A stretch of 64,000 nt of DNA from a candidate division FCPU426 bacterium (GTDB lineage: Bacteria > Oederibacteriota > Muellerivitia > Muellerivitales > Muellerivitaceae): NCBI GenBank assembly GCA_963847625.1, contig CAWKAR010000019.1, positions 32,001-96,000 on the forward strand, read 5' to 3'. The notes under the pieces are model-generated. The model saw nothing but the letters and a program-made list of their open reading frames with translations. It ran no database searches and was not told where the DNA came from. The position numbers and the translations under genes were made by a program. This document shows, piece after piece, positions 41,611 to 54,044 of the stretch; positions within the stretch are counted from its first letter, which is position 1; the number at the start of each line of letters is the position of its first letter.

Positions 41611-44600
41611 CTATTTGAAGAAAATGACCCTTTTCCATTTTTTCCCGGAGGGTTCCACGAGGGAAAAGATATAAATTCCACTGGCGCAATAGTTGCCATA
41701 CTTGTTGGTCCCATCCCATAGGTACGACTCTCTGATCGGAGACTCGATGAACCGGGAATCAAGCGTTCGAATGTGTTCACCCGCCGAATTGTAAATCCGC
41801 AAGTCGAAACTCCCCGGATACACGGTGCTTTCCACAAATATGGAAACCGGATCCGAGGGGCTGAAAATATTTTTAGAAACATAAAAGATATCGGCGTAGA
41901 CGGGTGTCGGGGTGGCCGTGGAAGTGTTGGCGGGCGTATAGGTTAAGTATGGCGTGGACGTCCAAGTAAAAGTCGGCGTAGGGGTGGGTGTTGCCGTCGG
42001 GGTCAGCGTGGGTGTGTTTGTGGGAGTGCGCGTAGGGGCCTTCGTCAGGGTCGGAGTGGGCGTAGGAGTACTCGTCAAAGTAGGGGTCGATGTGGAGGTC
42101 GATGTCATGTTCAATTTGTTTGTGGAGGTAGCAGTTGGTGTCATAGTCGGTGTCGTCTTAGGCGTGCTAGTGGGCGTATTTGTCGGGGTCGGAGTAGAGG
42201 TTTCCGTATTCGTCGGGGTTGGAGTTTGAGTAGGGGTTAGGGTGTTCGTGAAAGTCGGTGTGGGGGATTTAGTTCCTGTGCTGGTATTGGCGAGCGTAGA
42301 CGTCATGGTCTGCGTATTGATAGCCGTTGCGGTGGGGGTGGAGGTCGTCGTGTTTGTCCTGGTATAGGTGGAAGTATTTGTGGGTGTATTTGTGGACATG
42401 GAAATGGGTGTGTTCGTCGAGGTATTGGTCGATGTGGATGTCGGCGTATTAGACGATGTCGCAGTAAGCGTGCTGGTGGACGTGTTCGTCACCGTCGGGG
42501 TGGGCGTGGAGGTCGGGTTATTCGTAGGTGTATCGGTCAATGTGGACGTAAGGGTCGCGGTGGAGGAGGGCGTCCCAGTTGATGTTAAAGAAGCGGTTGG
42601 AGTCTGGGAGACTGTCGCGCTATTCGTGGACGAGGGAGTGGGAGTAATCGTAGGCGTGGGTGTCAGCGTGTTCGTCGAGGCAGGCGTTAATGTCGTGGTT
42701 AGTGTAAGCGTAGGCGTGTAGGTAGGAGTCGGGCTGTTTGTGGGTGATGTCGTCCCCGTCAAAGTGTTCGTCGGTGAGGGAGTAATCGTCGGCATGGAAG
42801 TCGCCGTCGATGTCGGAGTGGATGTATTCGTTCGGGTATTAGTCGGGTTCAGCGTAGGCGTACCCGTGAGCGTAGAAGTCGGAGTATTCGTAAGGGTAGA
42901 AGTCGTTGTAGACGTCGGCGTGTTGGTGGGAGTGGGGGTTGGGGTATTCGTCGGCGTAGACGTGGATGTCGTCGTCAGGGTCGGCGAAGCGGTAGGGGAA
43001 TTGGTCGGGGTAGAAGTATATGTCGAAGTGAAGGTAGAAGTAAGGGTTGGAGTTCCCGTTAGTGTGAGAGTCATGGAAGGGGTTGAAGTATTTGTTGGAG
43101 TGGATGTAGGGGTCTGTGTTGCGGTAAATGTGGGTGTGAGAGTCATCGATTCCGTCGATGTGGATGTTGGCGTATTGGTTGGTGTAGGGGTGGGTGTTGT
43201 TGTCGGAGTCGGCGTGTTTGTGTTCGTTGGCGAGTATGTCGGGGTATTGGTCTGCGTAGGCGTGGGTGTTGTCGTCGGGGTCAAAGTGGAGGTCGGCGTC
43301 CCCGTCTGTGAGTTCGTAGGTGTGGTTGTAACGGTGGGGGTGTTTGTCAGCGTAGGGGTTGGAGTCCAAGTCGAAGTGACCGTGGGTGTGTTCGTCACCG
43401 TCGAAGTCGGGGTGGAAGTCGCCGTATTCGTGGGTGTTGGAGTTTGCGTTCGAGTTGGGGTATTCGTGAAAGTGGGTGTGGGTGATGTGGTTCCTGTGCT
43501 GGTATTGGTTACCGTGGACGTCACCGTCGGCGTATTGCTGGCGGTTGGGGTGGGAGTAGAGGTCGGCGTATTCGTTCTCGTACTGGTTAAAGTGTTCGTC
43601 GGCGTAGCTGTGGCCGTATTCGATGGGGTATTCGTGGATGTGGGAGTCAATGTCTTAGTCGGTGTCGCTGTAGGCGTGTTAGTGGACGTATTCGTCACCG
43701 TCGGGGTGGGGGTAGAAGTTGCCGTATTTGTGGGTGTTAGTGTGGGAGTGGGAGTTCTCGTTGGCGTGTTCGTGGGAGTCGAGGTTGGTGTCATTGTCGG
43801 GGTAGGTGTAGGTGTATTCGTGGGTGTGTTGGTCGGTGTGTTCGTCGAAGTGGAAGTCAATGTCCGGGTCGGGGTGGATGTCGAGGTTAGAGTGTTCGTG
43901 GACGATGGCGTTCGGGTTAGGGTAGAAGTGGAAGTTGGCGTCTGTGTGGGGGTATTGGTCGTTGTAGGAGTAGGGGTCGTTGTGGGTGTCGGTGTGGGTG
44001 TAAGTGTTCTTGTTGGTGTATTCGTCGGGGTCGGAGTCGTCGTCGGAGTAGGCGTGGGTGTATTCGTGGGAGAAAGGGTAAGCGTACGGGTCGGGGTGAG
44101 AGTAGCCGTGTTAGTGGGTGTTAGTGTGGGAGTGGGAGTTCTCGTTGGCGTGTTCGTGGGAGTCGAGGTTGGTGTCATTGTCGGGGTAGGTGTAGGTGTA
44201 TTCGTGGGTGTGTTGGTCGGTGTGTTCGTCGAAGTGGAAGTCAATGTCCGGGTCGGGGTGGATGTCGAGGTTAGAGTGTTCGTAGACGATGGCGTTCGGG
44301 TTAAGGTAGAAGTGGAAGTTGGCGTCTGTGTGGGGGTATTGGTCGTTGTAGGAGTAGGGGTCGTTGTGGGTGTCGGTGTGGGTGTAAGTGTTCTTGTTGG
44401 TGTATTCGTCTGCGTATTAGTCGGGGTAGGCGTGAGTGTATTCGTTGATGTGTTGGTCGGAGTGTTCGTGGGTGTGGAAGTGGATGTGCGGGTGTAAGTT
44501 GGGGTCGAAGTAGGTGTGCTAGTCGGCGTAGGAGTGGGTGTTCGGGTCGGGGTTGGTGTCAACGAATTCGTGGGTGTGTTGGTTGGAGTATTCGTCGAAG

Positions 44601-47130
44601 TGGAAGTTGGCGTACGGGTCGGAGTGGGAGTGTTTGTCCGAGTAGGAGTCGGGGTGGGAGTTGAAGTCGGAGTATTCGTCGAAGTGGGAGTCACTGTCCG
44701 GGTCAGGGTGAGTGTTAGAGTCAGAGTGTTCGTAGGCGTTGGCGTCCGGGTTGGGGTTGGAGTTAGCGTCGGCGTGTTTGTAGGAGTGTTGGTGGGTGTA
44801 GTCGTCTGGGTCGGGGTCCGGGTCGGAGTTGCCGTAGGGGTGCTGGTGGACGTGTTCGTCAGGGTCGGAGTCAGCGTTGGGGTCGAGGTGGGTGTGGGTA
44901 TTGCCGTGGCAATTGAAATCTTCGCCACAAAGGTGTCATAAGCGCCGCCGAAAGCCGTCTGATAGACCCCGCTGGTCGTGGGGAAACTTCCGGAGGTCCA
45001 TCCCGTCACATAAATATTCCCCGACCCATCCACCGCGGTGCCATAGCCATATTCGTCCCCACTCCCGCCCAGATAGGTCGAATAGGCCAGGCCGCTTCCC
45101 GTGGCATTCAGTTCCGTCACAAAAGCGTCATCACTGCCGCCGAACACCGTCTGATAGGCTCCGGTGGTCGTTGGAAAATTCGTTGAAGACGTAAAACCCG
45201 TCACATAAGCGTCCCCCGACCCATCCACCGCGATGCTATAGCCGCGATCACCACCGCTGCCACCCAGGTAGGTCGAATAGACCAGGCCGCTCCCCGTGGT
45301 ATTCAACTCCGTTACGAAAGCGTCAGTACCGCCACCGTAAGCCGACTGGAAGGCCCCGGTGGTCTTGGGGAAATTCGTTGATTGTGTATATCCAGTCACA
45401 TAAGCGTCCCCCGACCCATCCACCGCGATGCCATAGCCATATTCGGTGCTGCTTCCGCCCAGAAAGGTCGAATAGACCAGGGCGCTCCCCGCGGCGTTCA
45501 GCTCCGTAACAAAAGCGTCAATACCACCGCCATAAGCCGTCTGATAGGCGCCGGTGGTCGTGGGAAAACCCGTTGAAGTTGTATATCCCGTCACATAAGC
45601 GTCCCCCGACCCATCCACCGCGATGGCATTGCCTTGATCGTTAACGCTCCCGCCCAGATAGGTCGAATAGACCAGGCCGCTCCCCGTAGCATTCAATTCC
45701 GCCACAAAAGCGTCAGTATTGAGGCCATAAACCGTCTGATAAGCCCCGGTGGTCGTGGGGAAACCTCCTGAGGTCGATCCCGTCACATAAGCGTTCCCCG
45801 CCCCATTCACCGCGATGCCATATCCATAATCCCCCCCGGTTCCTCCCAGGTAGGTCGAATAGACCAGCGCGCTTCCCATGGGATTCAACTCTGTCACAAA
45901 CGCGTCATCACCCCCGCCCAAAACCGTCTGGTAGGCCCCGGGGGTCGTGGGGAAATTCGTTGAAGTCGTATATCCAGTCACATAAGCGTCCCCTGACCCA
46001 TCCAACGCTATGCCCTGGCCTGAATCGGTCCCGTTCCCGCCCAGGTAGGTCGAATAGATCAGCGCGCTACCCGAAGCGTTCAGCTCCATCACAAAAGCGT
46101 TCTGGTTGCCGCCCAAAACCGTCTGGTAGGCCCCGGTGGTTGTGGGGAAATTCGTTGAAGTCGTATAGCCCGTCACATAAGCGTTCCCCGACCCATTTAC
46201 CGCAATGGCATTGCCATAATCGGCCCCGATCCCTCCCAAGTAGGTCGAATAATTCAAAACCGGGTCGATGATCAAGAGACTGGATTTGTCATACGCGCCC
46301 AACTCGAAACCGATTTTGCCGTCTCCCCTTAAAGCGTACCGTCCGGACACATTGACCTCTCCCCGGGCGGTTCGTTGGTAAACCCGGGGGGCCCTGAAGA
46401 CCAATTCCCCCCCTTGCGCCTCCAGGATCAGGTTCCCTTGTTCATCGGACTTCGTTTCATTCGCGCCCTCATACCTTAACTGGATGACGTTTGGATCAGC
46501 ACCCGGATTCACGACAAAGTCATATTCCAAGTTTCTTTGGTTTCCGTAGTACTCCACGTCGATACCGGGATAGACGTTCTCGGCTTTCACTTTAGCAAAC
46601 AAGGGAATTTTCGTACGATTTCGCGAAGAGCCGTTGCCAATGAAATAATTGGCCGTTCCTTCCATATTTCCCTCGCCGTGACAGACAGCCTTCGGATCGG
46701 CCTCCTCCAGCCTCATGCGAATGACCGATTGTTTTAATTCGTTTTTTTTCAGCTCATGTTCAGGAATATCAAACTTCGAGGAAGGTTTGGTTTCGGGAAT
46801 GCACAAAGCTAGCACCGCTTCCCGGGGAGTGACAAAAAGAGTATAGCCGCTCCCCCTGGAAAGAAACCTTACCTGGGGGTCGGTTTGGCCCTGGTTGAGC
46901 TCGAAGGAAAGCGGAATCCGGCCGTAAGTCTGGTTGAGCCTCAGCAGTGTAGCCTGATCCAGCTGGGTAACCCTGGAAGATGCTTGGGATTTATTCGGGG
47001 AGGAGGAAGAGCTATTGCCATGCCGGTCCATTCTGCCGGAGGAAACCAAACCCATTCCAATAATCGTTATGATACAGGTAAAAATACCAGCGTTTAAAAA
47101 CCGTATCTTATTCCGGGTTGCATTCATCAT
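41611..47130 (-). CDS. Giant secreted protein: N-terminal domain, SBBP beta-propeller repeats, about 1000-aa Thr/Pro stalk, FlgD-Ig/T9SS-like C-terminal domain
   Basis: FELNQGQ...[13 protein letters not shown]...LIIDP; repeated [30 protein letters not shown]-terminus [12 protein letters not shown]...[14 protein letters not shown]...KRVIFFK. Confidence 0.9.
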   Translation of the reverse strand: MMNATRNKIRFLNAGIFTCIITIIGMGLVSSGRMDRHGNSSSSSPNKSQASSRVTQLDQATLLRLNQTYGRIPLSFELNQGQTDPQVRFLSRGSGYTLFVTPREAVLALCIPETKPSSKFDIPEHELKKNELKQSVIRMRLEEADPKAVCHGEGNMEGTANYFIGNGSSRNRTKIPLFAKVKAENVYPGIDVEYYGNQRNLEYDFVVNPGADPNVIQLRYEGANETKSDEQGNLILEAQGGELVFRAPRVYQRTARGEVNVSGRYALRGDGKIGFELGAYDKSSLLIIDPVLNYSTYLGGIGADYGNAIAVNGSGNAYVTGYTTSTNFPTTTGAYQTVLGGNQNAFVMELNASGSALIYSTYLGGNGTDSGQGIALDGSGDAYVTGYTTSTNFPTTPGAYQTVLGGGDDAFVTELNPMGSALVYSTYLGGTGGDYGYGIAVNGAGNAYVTGSTSGGFPTTTGAYQTVYGLNTDAFVAELNATGSGLVYSTYLGGSVNDQGNAIAVDGSGDAYVTGYTTSTGFPTTTGAYQTAYGGGIDAFVTELNAAGSALVYSTFLGGSSTEYGYGIAVDGSGDAYVTGYTQSTNFPKTTGAFQSAYGGGTDAFVTELNTTGSGLVYSTYLGGSGGDRGYSIAVDGSGDAYVTGFTSSTNFPTTTGAYQTVFGGSDDAFVTELNATGSGLAYSTYLGGSGDEYGYGTAVDGSGNIYVTGWTSGSFPTTSGVYQTAFGGAYDTFVAKISIATAIPTPTSTPTLTPTLTNTSTSTPTATPTRTPTQTTTPTNTPTNTPTLTPTPTRTPTPTNTLTLTLTLTRTVTPTSTNTPTSTPTPTPTRTNTPTPTRTPTSTSTNTPTNTPTNSLTPTPTRTPTPTPTSTPTSTPTYTRTSTSTPTNTPTNTSTNTLTPTPTNTQTNTPTRTLTPTPTPTTTPTPTTTNTPTQTPTSTSTLTRTPSSTNTLTSTSTPTRTLTSTSTNTPTNTPTNTPTPTPTMTPTSTPTNTPTRTPTPTLTPTNTATLTPTRTLTLSPTNTPTPTPTTTPTPTNTPTRTLTPTPTPTTTPTPTTTNTPTQTPTSTSTLTRTPSSTNTLTSTSTPTRTLTSTSTNTPTNTPTNTPTPTPTMTPTSTPTNTPTRTPTPTLTPTNTATSTPTPTVTNTSTNTPTATPTKTLTPTSTNTPSNTATATPTNTLTSTRTNTPTSTPTPTASNTPTVTSTVTNTSTGTTSPTPTFTNTPTRTQTPTPTNTATSTPTSTVTNTPTVTSTWTPTPTLTNTPTVTTTPTNSQTGTPTSTLTPTTTPTPTQTNTPTYSPTNTNTPTPTTTPTPTPTNTPTSTSTESMTLTPTFTATQTPTSTPTNTSTPSMTLTLTGTPTLTSTFTSTYTSTPTNSPTASPTLTTTSTSTPTNTPTPTPTNTPTSTTTSTLTNTPTSTLTGTPTLNPTNTRTNTSTPTSTATSMPTITPSPTNTLTGTTSPTNSPTPTYTPTLTLTTTLTPASTNTLTPTPTITPTPSSTNSATVSQTPTASLTSTGTPSSTATLTSTLTDTPTNNPTSTPTPTVTNTSTSTLTATSSNTPTSTSTNTSTNTPISMSTNTPTNTSTYTRTNTTTSTPTATAINTQTMTSTLANTSTGTKSPTPTFTNTLTPTQTPTPTNTETSTPTPTNTPTSTPKTTPTMTPTATSTNKLNMTSTSTSTPTLTSTPTPTPTLTKAPTRTPTNTPTLTPTATPTPTPTFTWTSTPYLTYTPANTSTATPTPVYADIFYVSKNIFSPSDPVSIFVESTVYPGSFDLRIYNSAGEHIRTLDSRFIESPIRESYLWDGTNKYGNYCASGIYIFSLVEPSGKKWKRVIFFK
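43730..44410. repeat. 297-bp internal direct repeat (43730-44026 and 44114-44410)
   Basis: Near-identical copies offset by 384 bp (in frame); two substitutions seen by eye. Confidence 0.85.
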
Positions 47131-47276
47131 GATCTTTAGCCCGTCCAGGGCGCGAAAAACAAAGAACCTATAGAGACGTTTTTACTGTTTATTCCTCCAA
47201 CTACCTGTAACAACTTTTCAAGGACATTGGTGAATGGCGTGGGGGTATCCGCGGGCGTGAAACGGACGGCTCGATT

Positions 47277-50200
47277 TCACTTTAAGACTAACAGTTTTAC
47301 GACCGACCTGCCTTGGGTCGTATGGATCACAACGTAATAAAGACCGCTCGCCAGGGGTTTATTCCAAATATCCACAAGTTGAATGGGGATGAGGCCCCAG
47401 GCCATGGGGATATAAATTTTTTCCTGAACCTTCCGGAACGCGATGGTGAAGATTTGCACTTTCACCTCTGAAATCCCCTTGTAAGCCGGTGGCATGACAC
47501 TGACCGGCCGGGTTCCATCCGAAGGATTGGGAAACACGTAAGACAGTGATGAAGTGGCTGATGACGAAGTGGGGGTGGAGGTAAATGTTGGAGTTCGGTT
47601 TAAGAAGGTAGGGGTTGAAGACGGAGTATCCGTCGGTGTGGGAGTCGGTGTATAGGTTGGTGTGTTGGTGGTCGTGTAAGTATTAGTCGGAGTGCTCGTG
47701 GGCGACTGAGTCCCTGTATTGGTATTAGTTACCGTAGGCGTCGCCGTCGGAGTTAACGTGTTAGTCATCGTGTTCGTCTGAGTACTAGTAAACGTATTCG
47801 TCTGCGTGGGTGTGTTGGTGGGCGTATTCGTCGGCGTTTGTGTAGGCGTATCAGACAACGTATTCGTTGATGTGCTGGAAGCCGTGCTCGTGGGCGTATT
47901 GGTCCTTGTACTTGTCGAAGTGCTCGTAAAGGTGGCCGTGGGGGTATTCGTGGGAGTTGGTGTCGATGTGGACGTGTTCGTAGGCGTTGGTGATGGGGTG
48001 TTTGTCGGCGTATGGGTCGATGTGCTGGTTAGTGTACGGGTGGGAGTAATGGTGACCGTGGACGTGTTAGTCGCAGTGGGCGTGGGCGGCTGAGTCCCTG
48101 TGCTGGTATCGGTCGCCGTGGACGTTATCGTCGGCGTGGGCGTCCGGGTGCTGGTTAAAGTATTCGTCGGCGTATTGGTGGGTGTATTCGTCGGCATGTT
48201 TGTGGCTGTGGACGTGGAGGTCAGCGTCGGCGTGTTCGTCGGCGTAATTGTCACTGTCGGGGTCGGCGTCAGCGTTATCGTCGGAGTCGATGTGGATGTG
48301 GAAGTCGGCGTCCTCGTTGCTGTGCTTGTTCCGGTCGACGTTGGCGTATTCGTTGCCGTGTTGGTCGGGGTGTTTGTAGACGTGGATGTCGGCGTCTGTG
48401 TCGATGTGTTCGTCAGTGTGGGTGTCGCGGTATGGGTCGGCGTATGGGTGACCGTGGGCGTATTGGTCGCCGTGGGCGTGGGCGATTGAGTCCCTGTGCT
48501 GGTATCGGTCGCCGTGGACGTTATCGTCGGCGTATTGGTGATCGTCATTGTCGGTGTGTTTGTCGGCGTATTCGTCCTGGTGCTGGTTAAAGTATTCGTC
48601 GGCGTATTGGTGGGCGTATTCGTCGGCGTGTTTGTGGCTGTGGAGGTCCGCGTCGGAGTGTTCGTGGGTGTGTTCGTGGACGTATTCGTCGGCGTGGGCG
48701 TAGAGGTGTCCGTAATCGTGTTAACGGGCGTATTCGTCAGCGTGGGTGTGGCTGTGGGCGTGGAGGTCCGCGTCAGCGTGTTCGTCAACGTGCTCGTCGG
48801 TGTGTTTGTGGATGTATTAATGGATGTATTCGTTGGCGTGGGTGTGGCTGTGGACGTGTTAATAGACGTATTCGTCGGCGTATTTGTGGCTGTGGACGTG
48901 GAGGTCCTCGTCGGGGTGTTCGTAAGAGTATTCGTGAGTGTACTCGTTAGCGTGGGTGTGGCTGTGGATGTAGAGGTCCTCGTCGGGGTGTTCGTCGACG
49001 TTAGTGTATTAGTATTTGTAGGCGTAATGGTGACCGTAGGCGTATTAGTCGCCGTGGGCGTGGGCGACTGAGTCCCTGTGCTGGTATCGGTCGCCGTGGA
49101 CGTTATCGTCGGCGTAGGTGTATTCGTCGGCGTGGGCGTCCTGGTGCTGGTTAAAGTATTCGTCGGCGTATTTGTGGGCGTATTCGTCGGCGTGTTCGTG
49201 AGAGTATTCGTCGGCGTGTTCGTGGATGTCCGGGTCAGGGTGTTCGTCGCGGTCGTCGTATTTATTGGCGTATTCGTTGCCGTATTCGTGGTCGTGCTGG
49301 TGAGCGTGTTCGTCCGTGTGCTGGTGGAAGTGCTCGTCGCCGTGTTCGTGGGCGTATTGGTGTTCGTTGACGTGTAAATGGACGTATTCGTCGACGTGCT
49401 TGTGATCGTAACGGTCGGCGTATTCGTCCTGGTCGGGGTTGACGTGAGGGTCGCCGTGTTCGTGGCCGTATTCGTCGACGTAGGCGTGGTCGTATTAGCA
49501 GGGGAATTCGTTCTGGTCGGCGTTGATGTGGAGGTCGCCGTATTCGTAGGCGTATTGGTGTTCGTTGGCGTGTACACGGACGTGTTCGTCGACGTGCTTG
49601 TGATCGTAACGGTCGGCGTGTTCGTCCTGGTCGGGGTTGACGTGAGGGTCGCCGTGTTCGTGGCCGTATTCGTCAGTGTATTTGTAAGTGTGCTGGTGGG
49701 TGTGTTCGTCCTGGTCGGCGTTGATGTGGAGGTTGCCGTATTCGTGGGCGTATTGGTGTTCGTTGGCGTGTAAATGAACGTATTCGTCGACGTGCTTGTG
49801 ATCGTAACGGTCGGCGTGTTCGTCCTGGTCGGGGTTGACGTGAGGGTTGCCGTGTTCGTGGGCGTATTCGTCAGTGTATTTGTAAGTGTGCTGGTGGGTG
49901 TGTTCGTCCTGGGCGGGGTTGACGTGGACGTAGAGGTGTTCGTTGGCGTATTGGTGTTCGTTGACGTGTACACGGACGTGTTCGTCGACGTACTTGTGAT
50001 CGTAACAGTCGGTGTATTCGTCCTGGTCGGGGTTGACGTTGAGGTCGCCGTGTTCGTGGGCGTATTCGTTGGCGTATTCGTAGGTGTACTGGTCAGTGTG
50101 TTCGTCCTGGTCGGGGTTGACGTTGAGGTCGCCGTATTCGTGGCCGTAGAGGTGTTTGTTGGCGTGTTCACGGACGTATTCGTCGACGTACTTGTAACCG

Positions 50201-52406
50201 TAACGGTCGGCGTGTTCGTCCTGGTTGGGGTTGACGTGAGGGTCGCCGTATTCGTGGGCGTATTCGTCGGCGTATAAGTAGCCGTATTCGTCGGTGTGTT
50301 CGTCCTGGTCGTAGTTAATGTGAGCGTAGAGGTATTCGTTGGCGTGTTCACGAACGTATTCGTGGGGGTAAGCGTAGCCGTATTAGTAGGTGAATTCGTC
50401 CTGGTTGGGGTCGGTGTGGAGGTCGCCGTATTCGTGGGCGTAGGCGTAGCGGTATTCGTCGGCGAATTCGTCCGTGTGGGGGTTGCCGTAGGAGTCGACG
50501 TGGACGTGTTCGTCGGCGCGGTCGTGTACGTATTAGTGGCCGTGTTCGTCCGGGTTGCGGTTGGGGTAGGCGTAGTGGTAGCAGTGTTCGTGAAGGTGCT
50601 GGATACCGTATTGGTTGGTGAATTGGTCCGAGTATTGGTTAAAGTCGGGGTCAGGGTTGGGGTAGGCGTGTTTGTCGGTGAATTTGTCCGGGTTACGGTT
50701 GGGGTGGGTGTGCTTGTACCTGTGTTCGTGGAAGTGTTGGTTGCCGTATTATTCGGCGTATTGGTCCGCGTGCTGGTAGAAGTCGGGGTCAGGGTCTGTG
50801 TAGGGGTGTTTGTCGGCGTATTCGTCCGGGTATTCGTCAAAGAAACTGTTGGCGTCGGGGTCAAAGTCCTCGTAGGGGTGTTCGTCGTGGTGCTACCGGC
50901 AGTGCAAACCACTGAGATGGAAATGCTGTTGCTGGTCACCGGCCCCCCGCCCCCCCAATTGGCCACACCCGCGTCGGTGACGACATTGCAATAATCGCTG
51001 GTGTTGGCGCTATAGGAACCCACGATGAACGTGATTGGCGCGCAGCCACCCCCGGGCAGGTTGCTTACCACCCAGCTCAGGTTCGGATAGGCCGTACTCG
51101 TGGGATTGATCGTCACAGACGCGCCCGACACCGTCACGGTCCAGGTGCTGTAACCGGGCCCCTCGAAGGACCATCCCAAGGGATTCGTGATGCTGTCCGT
51201 GACCGTGACCGAATTCGCTGTGACCGACCCTGACGCATTGCAAACATTCAGGAACATCGTGATGGGCCCGCTATCCGAATAATTGGAAGTGGGCCCGCCC
51301 GTGGTCTTGGTCAGGGTGATTTTGGGCGGTACGGTGGGGGTGAATGTCGCGGTAATCGTGGGAGTATCAGTGGGAGATCCGGGCGTTACGTTGCAACCCG
51401 GCATCTGTGCGCTCGTTGTTCCCGGGGGCGCGGATTCACTTGGGCTGTACGTACTGCAGTTCACCGAGACTGTGACGGTATTATTCGGCTCATAGCTTGA
51501 GATTTGGAAGTATAAAGTCCCACCCTGAAGGACGCTGACGCCGGCATCGTCCCACATATTGGGATTCTGGTGGGAGCTTACCCGGGTCAGGGCGGTAAAC
51601 GGCCCGGTCGAGCTGGCGCTGTAACCCACGGATTTGATAGGAAACAGCTCATCCAGGAACATGAGCGGGTTATAGGAAGCCTGCGCGCTGGTGGCCCATT
51701 CATAGGCGATGTTTCCCGAGGTGTTGTCAAAGGTCACCGCGGCATTTCCGGTTTTGGGGCAGGGGACAAAACCCCACTGGCAGGTTGAACCGTCCCGGCC
51801 GGTGGTGTCGGTGTTGCTGGGAAAACTTCCGGAACAAGTGGGACTCCCGCAATCCAGTATTTGGTACGCCGCCTGGGCCAAATCCAAGTGGTAAGATCCA
51901 TTCCAGCAGTTATTTAGGTTTTGACTTCCTTGAGGGCACTCATCCACGATCATCACGGTGACCGAGTAACCATTCGCGGTGTTCGTTACTGCCGCGCAGG
52001 CCCCGCAGGGGTAAGCGCCCACGCCGCCGCCGTTCCCATTCGCCGCCGCCGTATCCCCGTAGTCATAACCGTCAATGGCCGCGAAATAGTTCGGGTCGTA
52101 AGTGCCGATGGGATATCCGCAAGCAGAGGGAGAACCGGGGACACTGAACCATGTCGGCTGGTTTTCCTGGAAAACCATTTGGGTATCGCTGGGACAAAAT
52201 ATTGGGGTTGCCATCAAGGTTGGGATCGCGATCGCGGTAGTACTGCAGGTATAAGTCACGGGGGTTCCAGCCGCAAAGGAAGGGATGACGTTATTCGACC
52301 AAAATAAAACCGTCATAAGAGCCAATACCCCCTGGCCAAGGGGCGGTTTAATCCGAAAAAGCGTTTTCAAAACTCCAATTTTTTTATCAGATTTAACCGG
52401 TTTCAT
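47277..52406 (-). CDS. Giant secreted protein: expansin-like head, DUF11-like domain, Thr-rich stalk, T9SS type A-like C-terminal domain
   Basis: ACGY...FAAI...CGAC...[10 protein letters not shown]...HLDL...WGFVPCP; C-terminus VFPNP...[10 protein letters not shown]...KLLVLK. Confidence 0.85.
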   Translation of the reverse strand: MKPVKSDKKIGVLKTLFRIKPPLGQGVLALMTVLFWSNNVIPSFAAGTPVTYTCSTTAIAIPTLMATPIFCPSDTQMVFQENQPTWFSVPGSPSACGYPIGTYDPNYFAAIDGYDYGDTAAANGNGGGVGAYPCGACAAVTNTANGYSVTVMIVDECPQGSQNLNNCWNGSYHLDLAQAAYQILDCGSPTCSGSFPSNTDTTGRDGSTCQWGFVPCPKTGNAAVTFDNTSGNIAYEWATSAQASYNPLMFLDELFPIKSVGYSASSTGPFTALTRVSSHQNPNMWDDAGVSVLQGGTLYFQISSYEPNNTVTVSVNCSTYSPSESAPPGTTSAQMPGCNVTPGSPTDTPTITATFTPTVPPKITLTKTTGGPTSNYSDSGPITMFLNVCNASGSVTANSVTVTDSITNPLGWSFEGPGYSTWTVTVSGASVTINPTSTAYPNLSWVVSNLPGGGCAPITFIVGSYSANTSDYCNVVTDAGVANWGGGGPVTSNSISISVVCTAGSTTTNTPTRTLTPTPTVSLTNTRTNTPTNTPTQTLTPTSTSTRTNTPNNTATNTSTNTGTSTPTPTVTRTNSPTNTPTPTLTPTLTNTRTNSPTNTVSSTFTNTATTTPTPTATRTNTATNTYTTAPTNTSTSTPTATPTRTNSPTNTATPTPTNTATSTPTPTRTNSPTNTATLTPTNTFVNTPTNTSTLTLTTTRTNTPTNTATYTPTNTPTNTATLTSTPTRTNTPTVTVTSTSTNTSVNTPTNTSTATNTATSTSTPTRTNTLTSTPTNTPTNTPTNTATSTSTPTRTNTPTVTITSTSTNTSVYTSTNTNTPTNTSTSTSTPPRTNTPTSTLTNTLTNTPTNTATLTSTPTRTNTPTVTITSTSTNTFIYTPTNTNTPTNTATSTSTPTRTNTPTSTLTNTLTNTATNTATLTSTPTRTNTPTVTITSTSTNTSVYTPTNTNTPTNTATSTSTPTRTNSPANTTTPTSTNTATNTATLTSTPTRTNTPTVTITSTSTNTSIYTSTNTNTPTNTATSTSTSTRTNTLTSTTTNTATNTPINTTTATNTLTRTSTNTPTNTLTNTPTNTPTNTPTNTLTSTRTPTPTNTPTPTITSTATDTSTGTQSPTPTATNTPTVTITPTNTNTLTSTNTPTRTSTSTATPTLTSTLTNTLTNTPTRTSTSTATNTPTNTSINTSTATPTPTNTSINTSTNTPTSTLTNTLTRTSTPTATPTLTNTPVNTITDTSTPTPTNTSTNTPTNTPTRTSTATNTPTNTPTNTPTNTLTSTRTNTPTNTPTMTITNTPTITSTATDTSTGTQSPTPTATNTPTVTHTPTHTATPTLTNTSTQTPTSTSTNTPTNTATNTPTSTGTSTATRTPTSTSTSTPTITLTPTPTVTITPTNTPTLTSTSTATNMPTNTPTNTPTNTLTSTRTPTPTITSTATDTSTGTQPPTPTATNTSTVTITPTRTLTSTSTHTPTNTPSPTPTNTSTSTPTPTNTPTATFTSTSTSTRTNTPTSTASSTSTNTLSDTPTQTPTNTPTNTPTQTNTFTSTQTNTMTNTLTPTATPTVTNTNTGTQSPTSTPTNTYTTTNTPTYTPTPTPTDTPSSTPTFLNRTPTFTSTPTSSSATSSLSYVFPNPSDGTRPVSVMPPAYKGISEVKVQIFTIAFRKVQEKIYIPMAWGLIPIQLVDIWNKPLASGLYYVVIHTTQGRSVVKLLVLK
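49381..50270. repeat. Tandem 198-bp (66-aa) units in the stalk
   Basis: Anchor (G/A)ACGT(A/G)TTCGTCGACGT recurs at 49381, 49579, 49777, 49975 and 50173. Confidence 0.8.
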
Positions 52407-52712
52407 TTATCCACAAACCTTGAAATGATTTCAGTCATTCTTTCTTATTATAAACCAAATAATCTCGAACAAGATTACATGTAAACATTACCGCAATTAG
52501 TTCCCTTTTTGTTAGTGGAACCTTAAGGGCTTTAACGCTCAAGTTGCTTAGTACTATCCTCTTTGTAACTTCCTGCCGCTTCCGGGAAGTTTGCTCAACG
52601 TGGTAGCGGACGATATTCATTCCTCCCATCCGTTCAATGAGATTCTTAGTCAGAAGCCGGCTCTTGTCCGAAAGTTTCTAGGGTTGGAAGGTTAACTGAT
52701 GGATTTCAAAAC

Positions 52713-53081
52713 TTAAGCGTTGGAAATTTTGTCCAAAAAGACCAGCAGGGAATACCGGTCGCTGGTTTTCATCATGAGGAAAGTAAGGCCGGCGCCGTTT
52801 TTGTTGGCCCGAACCACTTCGGCGTAGACCCCGATGACATTCGTCACATCCAGCAGGAATAGATCCAATTGGATGATATTGCCTATCTCCAAAGGCTGGT
52901 CCACGGTGATATACATGCCGCCCAAGCTGATGTCCAGGGTGAAGGCGTTTATGTCCTTTTTTCGCCACACCACAATGTTCCTGATTTCCTCTTTATCCTC
53001 AACCAGCCGGAACTTGACGGGGATCTTGACCGAAACGCGGGGATTGGTCCGCTTCTCAATTGATATTTGGGCATCAGGCAT
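52713..53081 (-). CDS. Stand-alone PilZ-domain protein; paralog of 33891..34247
   Basis: EKRTNPRV and DISLGG; GGAGG RBS before ATG 53081. Confidence 0.9.
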   Translation of the reverse strand: MPDAQISIEKRTNPRVSVKIPVKFRLVEDKEEIRNIVVWRKKDINAFTLDISLGGMYITVDQPLEIGNIIQLDLFLLDVTNVIGVYAEVVRANKNGAGLTFLMMKTSDRYSLLVFLDKISNA

Positions 53082-53200
53082 ATAGCCCTCCGGCAAAATG
53101 TATATCCGGCCGGACTGGAGTTTGTCAAATACGAGTAAGTAGTATTTGGCTGGAATTTTCGCGAAAAAGTGGACAGCTTTTAGGCTAAAAATCGGAAAAG

Positions 53201-53241
53201 CATGGAATAGTAGGAGGTAAGCACCCCCGTCTTCAATCAAT
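53201..53241 (-). promoter_or_regulatory. Duplicated 41-bp promoter-like element, copy 1
   Basis: 37/41 identical to 55394-55434; the minus strand reads TTGAAG-N18-TACTAT. Confidence 0.6.
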
Positions 53242-53340
53242 TATCCCAAAAACAAAATGGAAAGCCGAGTCCTGTAGTGATCGCCAGGTCTGACCTGCCC
53301 CGGTTTTAGCACACCTTGGTTTCCCAGTGGGCAGGCGGGA

Positions 53341-53922
53341 TCAAGCCCCATTCAGCCGAGGATTAACCAACTGACAATCCTCCACCCAAGGTAAATGGAA
53401 GAATCCCCGCCGAAGGGTGATGGCCAAGCGGGTTCCCAGGCCGACGTTATAATAAAAAACCGGGGAGATCAGTAGTTCACAATTCTTATCGCTATTGTCC
53501 CAGTCATGAAAATAAATTAAATGAGCCATGGGATTCGGCCCGTCCTTGATGCTTCCTCCGAAAGACGAGATTTTTTTGTCCACGACGTAGACCACGCGGG
53601 TTTCAGGCTCGGATGTGTCCAACAAACCATTGGCCAATTGGAGGCTGAAGCGCAGAAAAAAGCCCAATAAAACACAAAAAAATAAAAAGAACGCCGCCAC
53701 AGCCAGGAACGGTATCTTTTCTTTAAGCGCGCTCTTGATTAATCTCTTGAAAATCAAATAGCACAGGCTTATCGCAGACAATCCGCAAATCAAATCCACC
53801 CATAAAAAATTCGAATGCTTGACAAGCCGGAAGTAAATACCACAAAAGAAATACTCCGCGATTAAAACCGCGATAAAAACGATAAAAATTTTAAAAATGA
53901 GATATACACGGCTAGTTTTCAT
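53341..53922 (-). CDS. Hypothetical membrane protein (3 TM plus small soluble domain)
   Basis: Hydrophobic segments; AAGGAAGGA upstream of ATG 53922. Confidence 0.7.
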   Translation of the reverse strand: MKTSRVYLIFKIFIVFIAVLIAEYFFCGIYFRLVKHSNFLWVDLICGLSAISLCYLIFKRLIKSALKEKIPFLAVAAFFLFFCVLLGFFLRFSLQLANGLLDTSEPETRVVYVVDKKISSFGGSIKDGPNPMAHLIYFHDWDNSDKNCELLISPVFYYNVGLGTRLAITLRRGFFHLPWVEDCQLVNPRLNGA

Positions 53923-54044
53923 TTTTAGGAAATTCCTTCCCTTCTGAAACCAATCGGGTGCTAAAACTCCAACCATCCGTCAATATTTTATCCAATTTTA
54001 GGTCAGTTAAGACTCCTTCGGGGCCTGGCCCCCTTTTTCCCTTT

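Noticed and set aside
14900..51000. CRISPR array or DGR template/variable repeats
   Set aside because: The repeats are in-frame coding repeats without unique spacers. No cas or reverse transcriptase gene is present, and no adenine-specific mismatch pattern was seen.
52520..52600. c-di-GMP-I riboswitch-like GCAAAC...CAAAG on the minus strand upstream of the expansin-stalk gene
   Set aside because: It lacks the GNRA-capped P2, the GACGCAAAG linker and a convincing P3.
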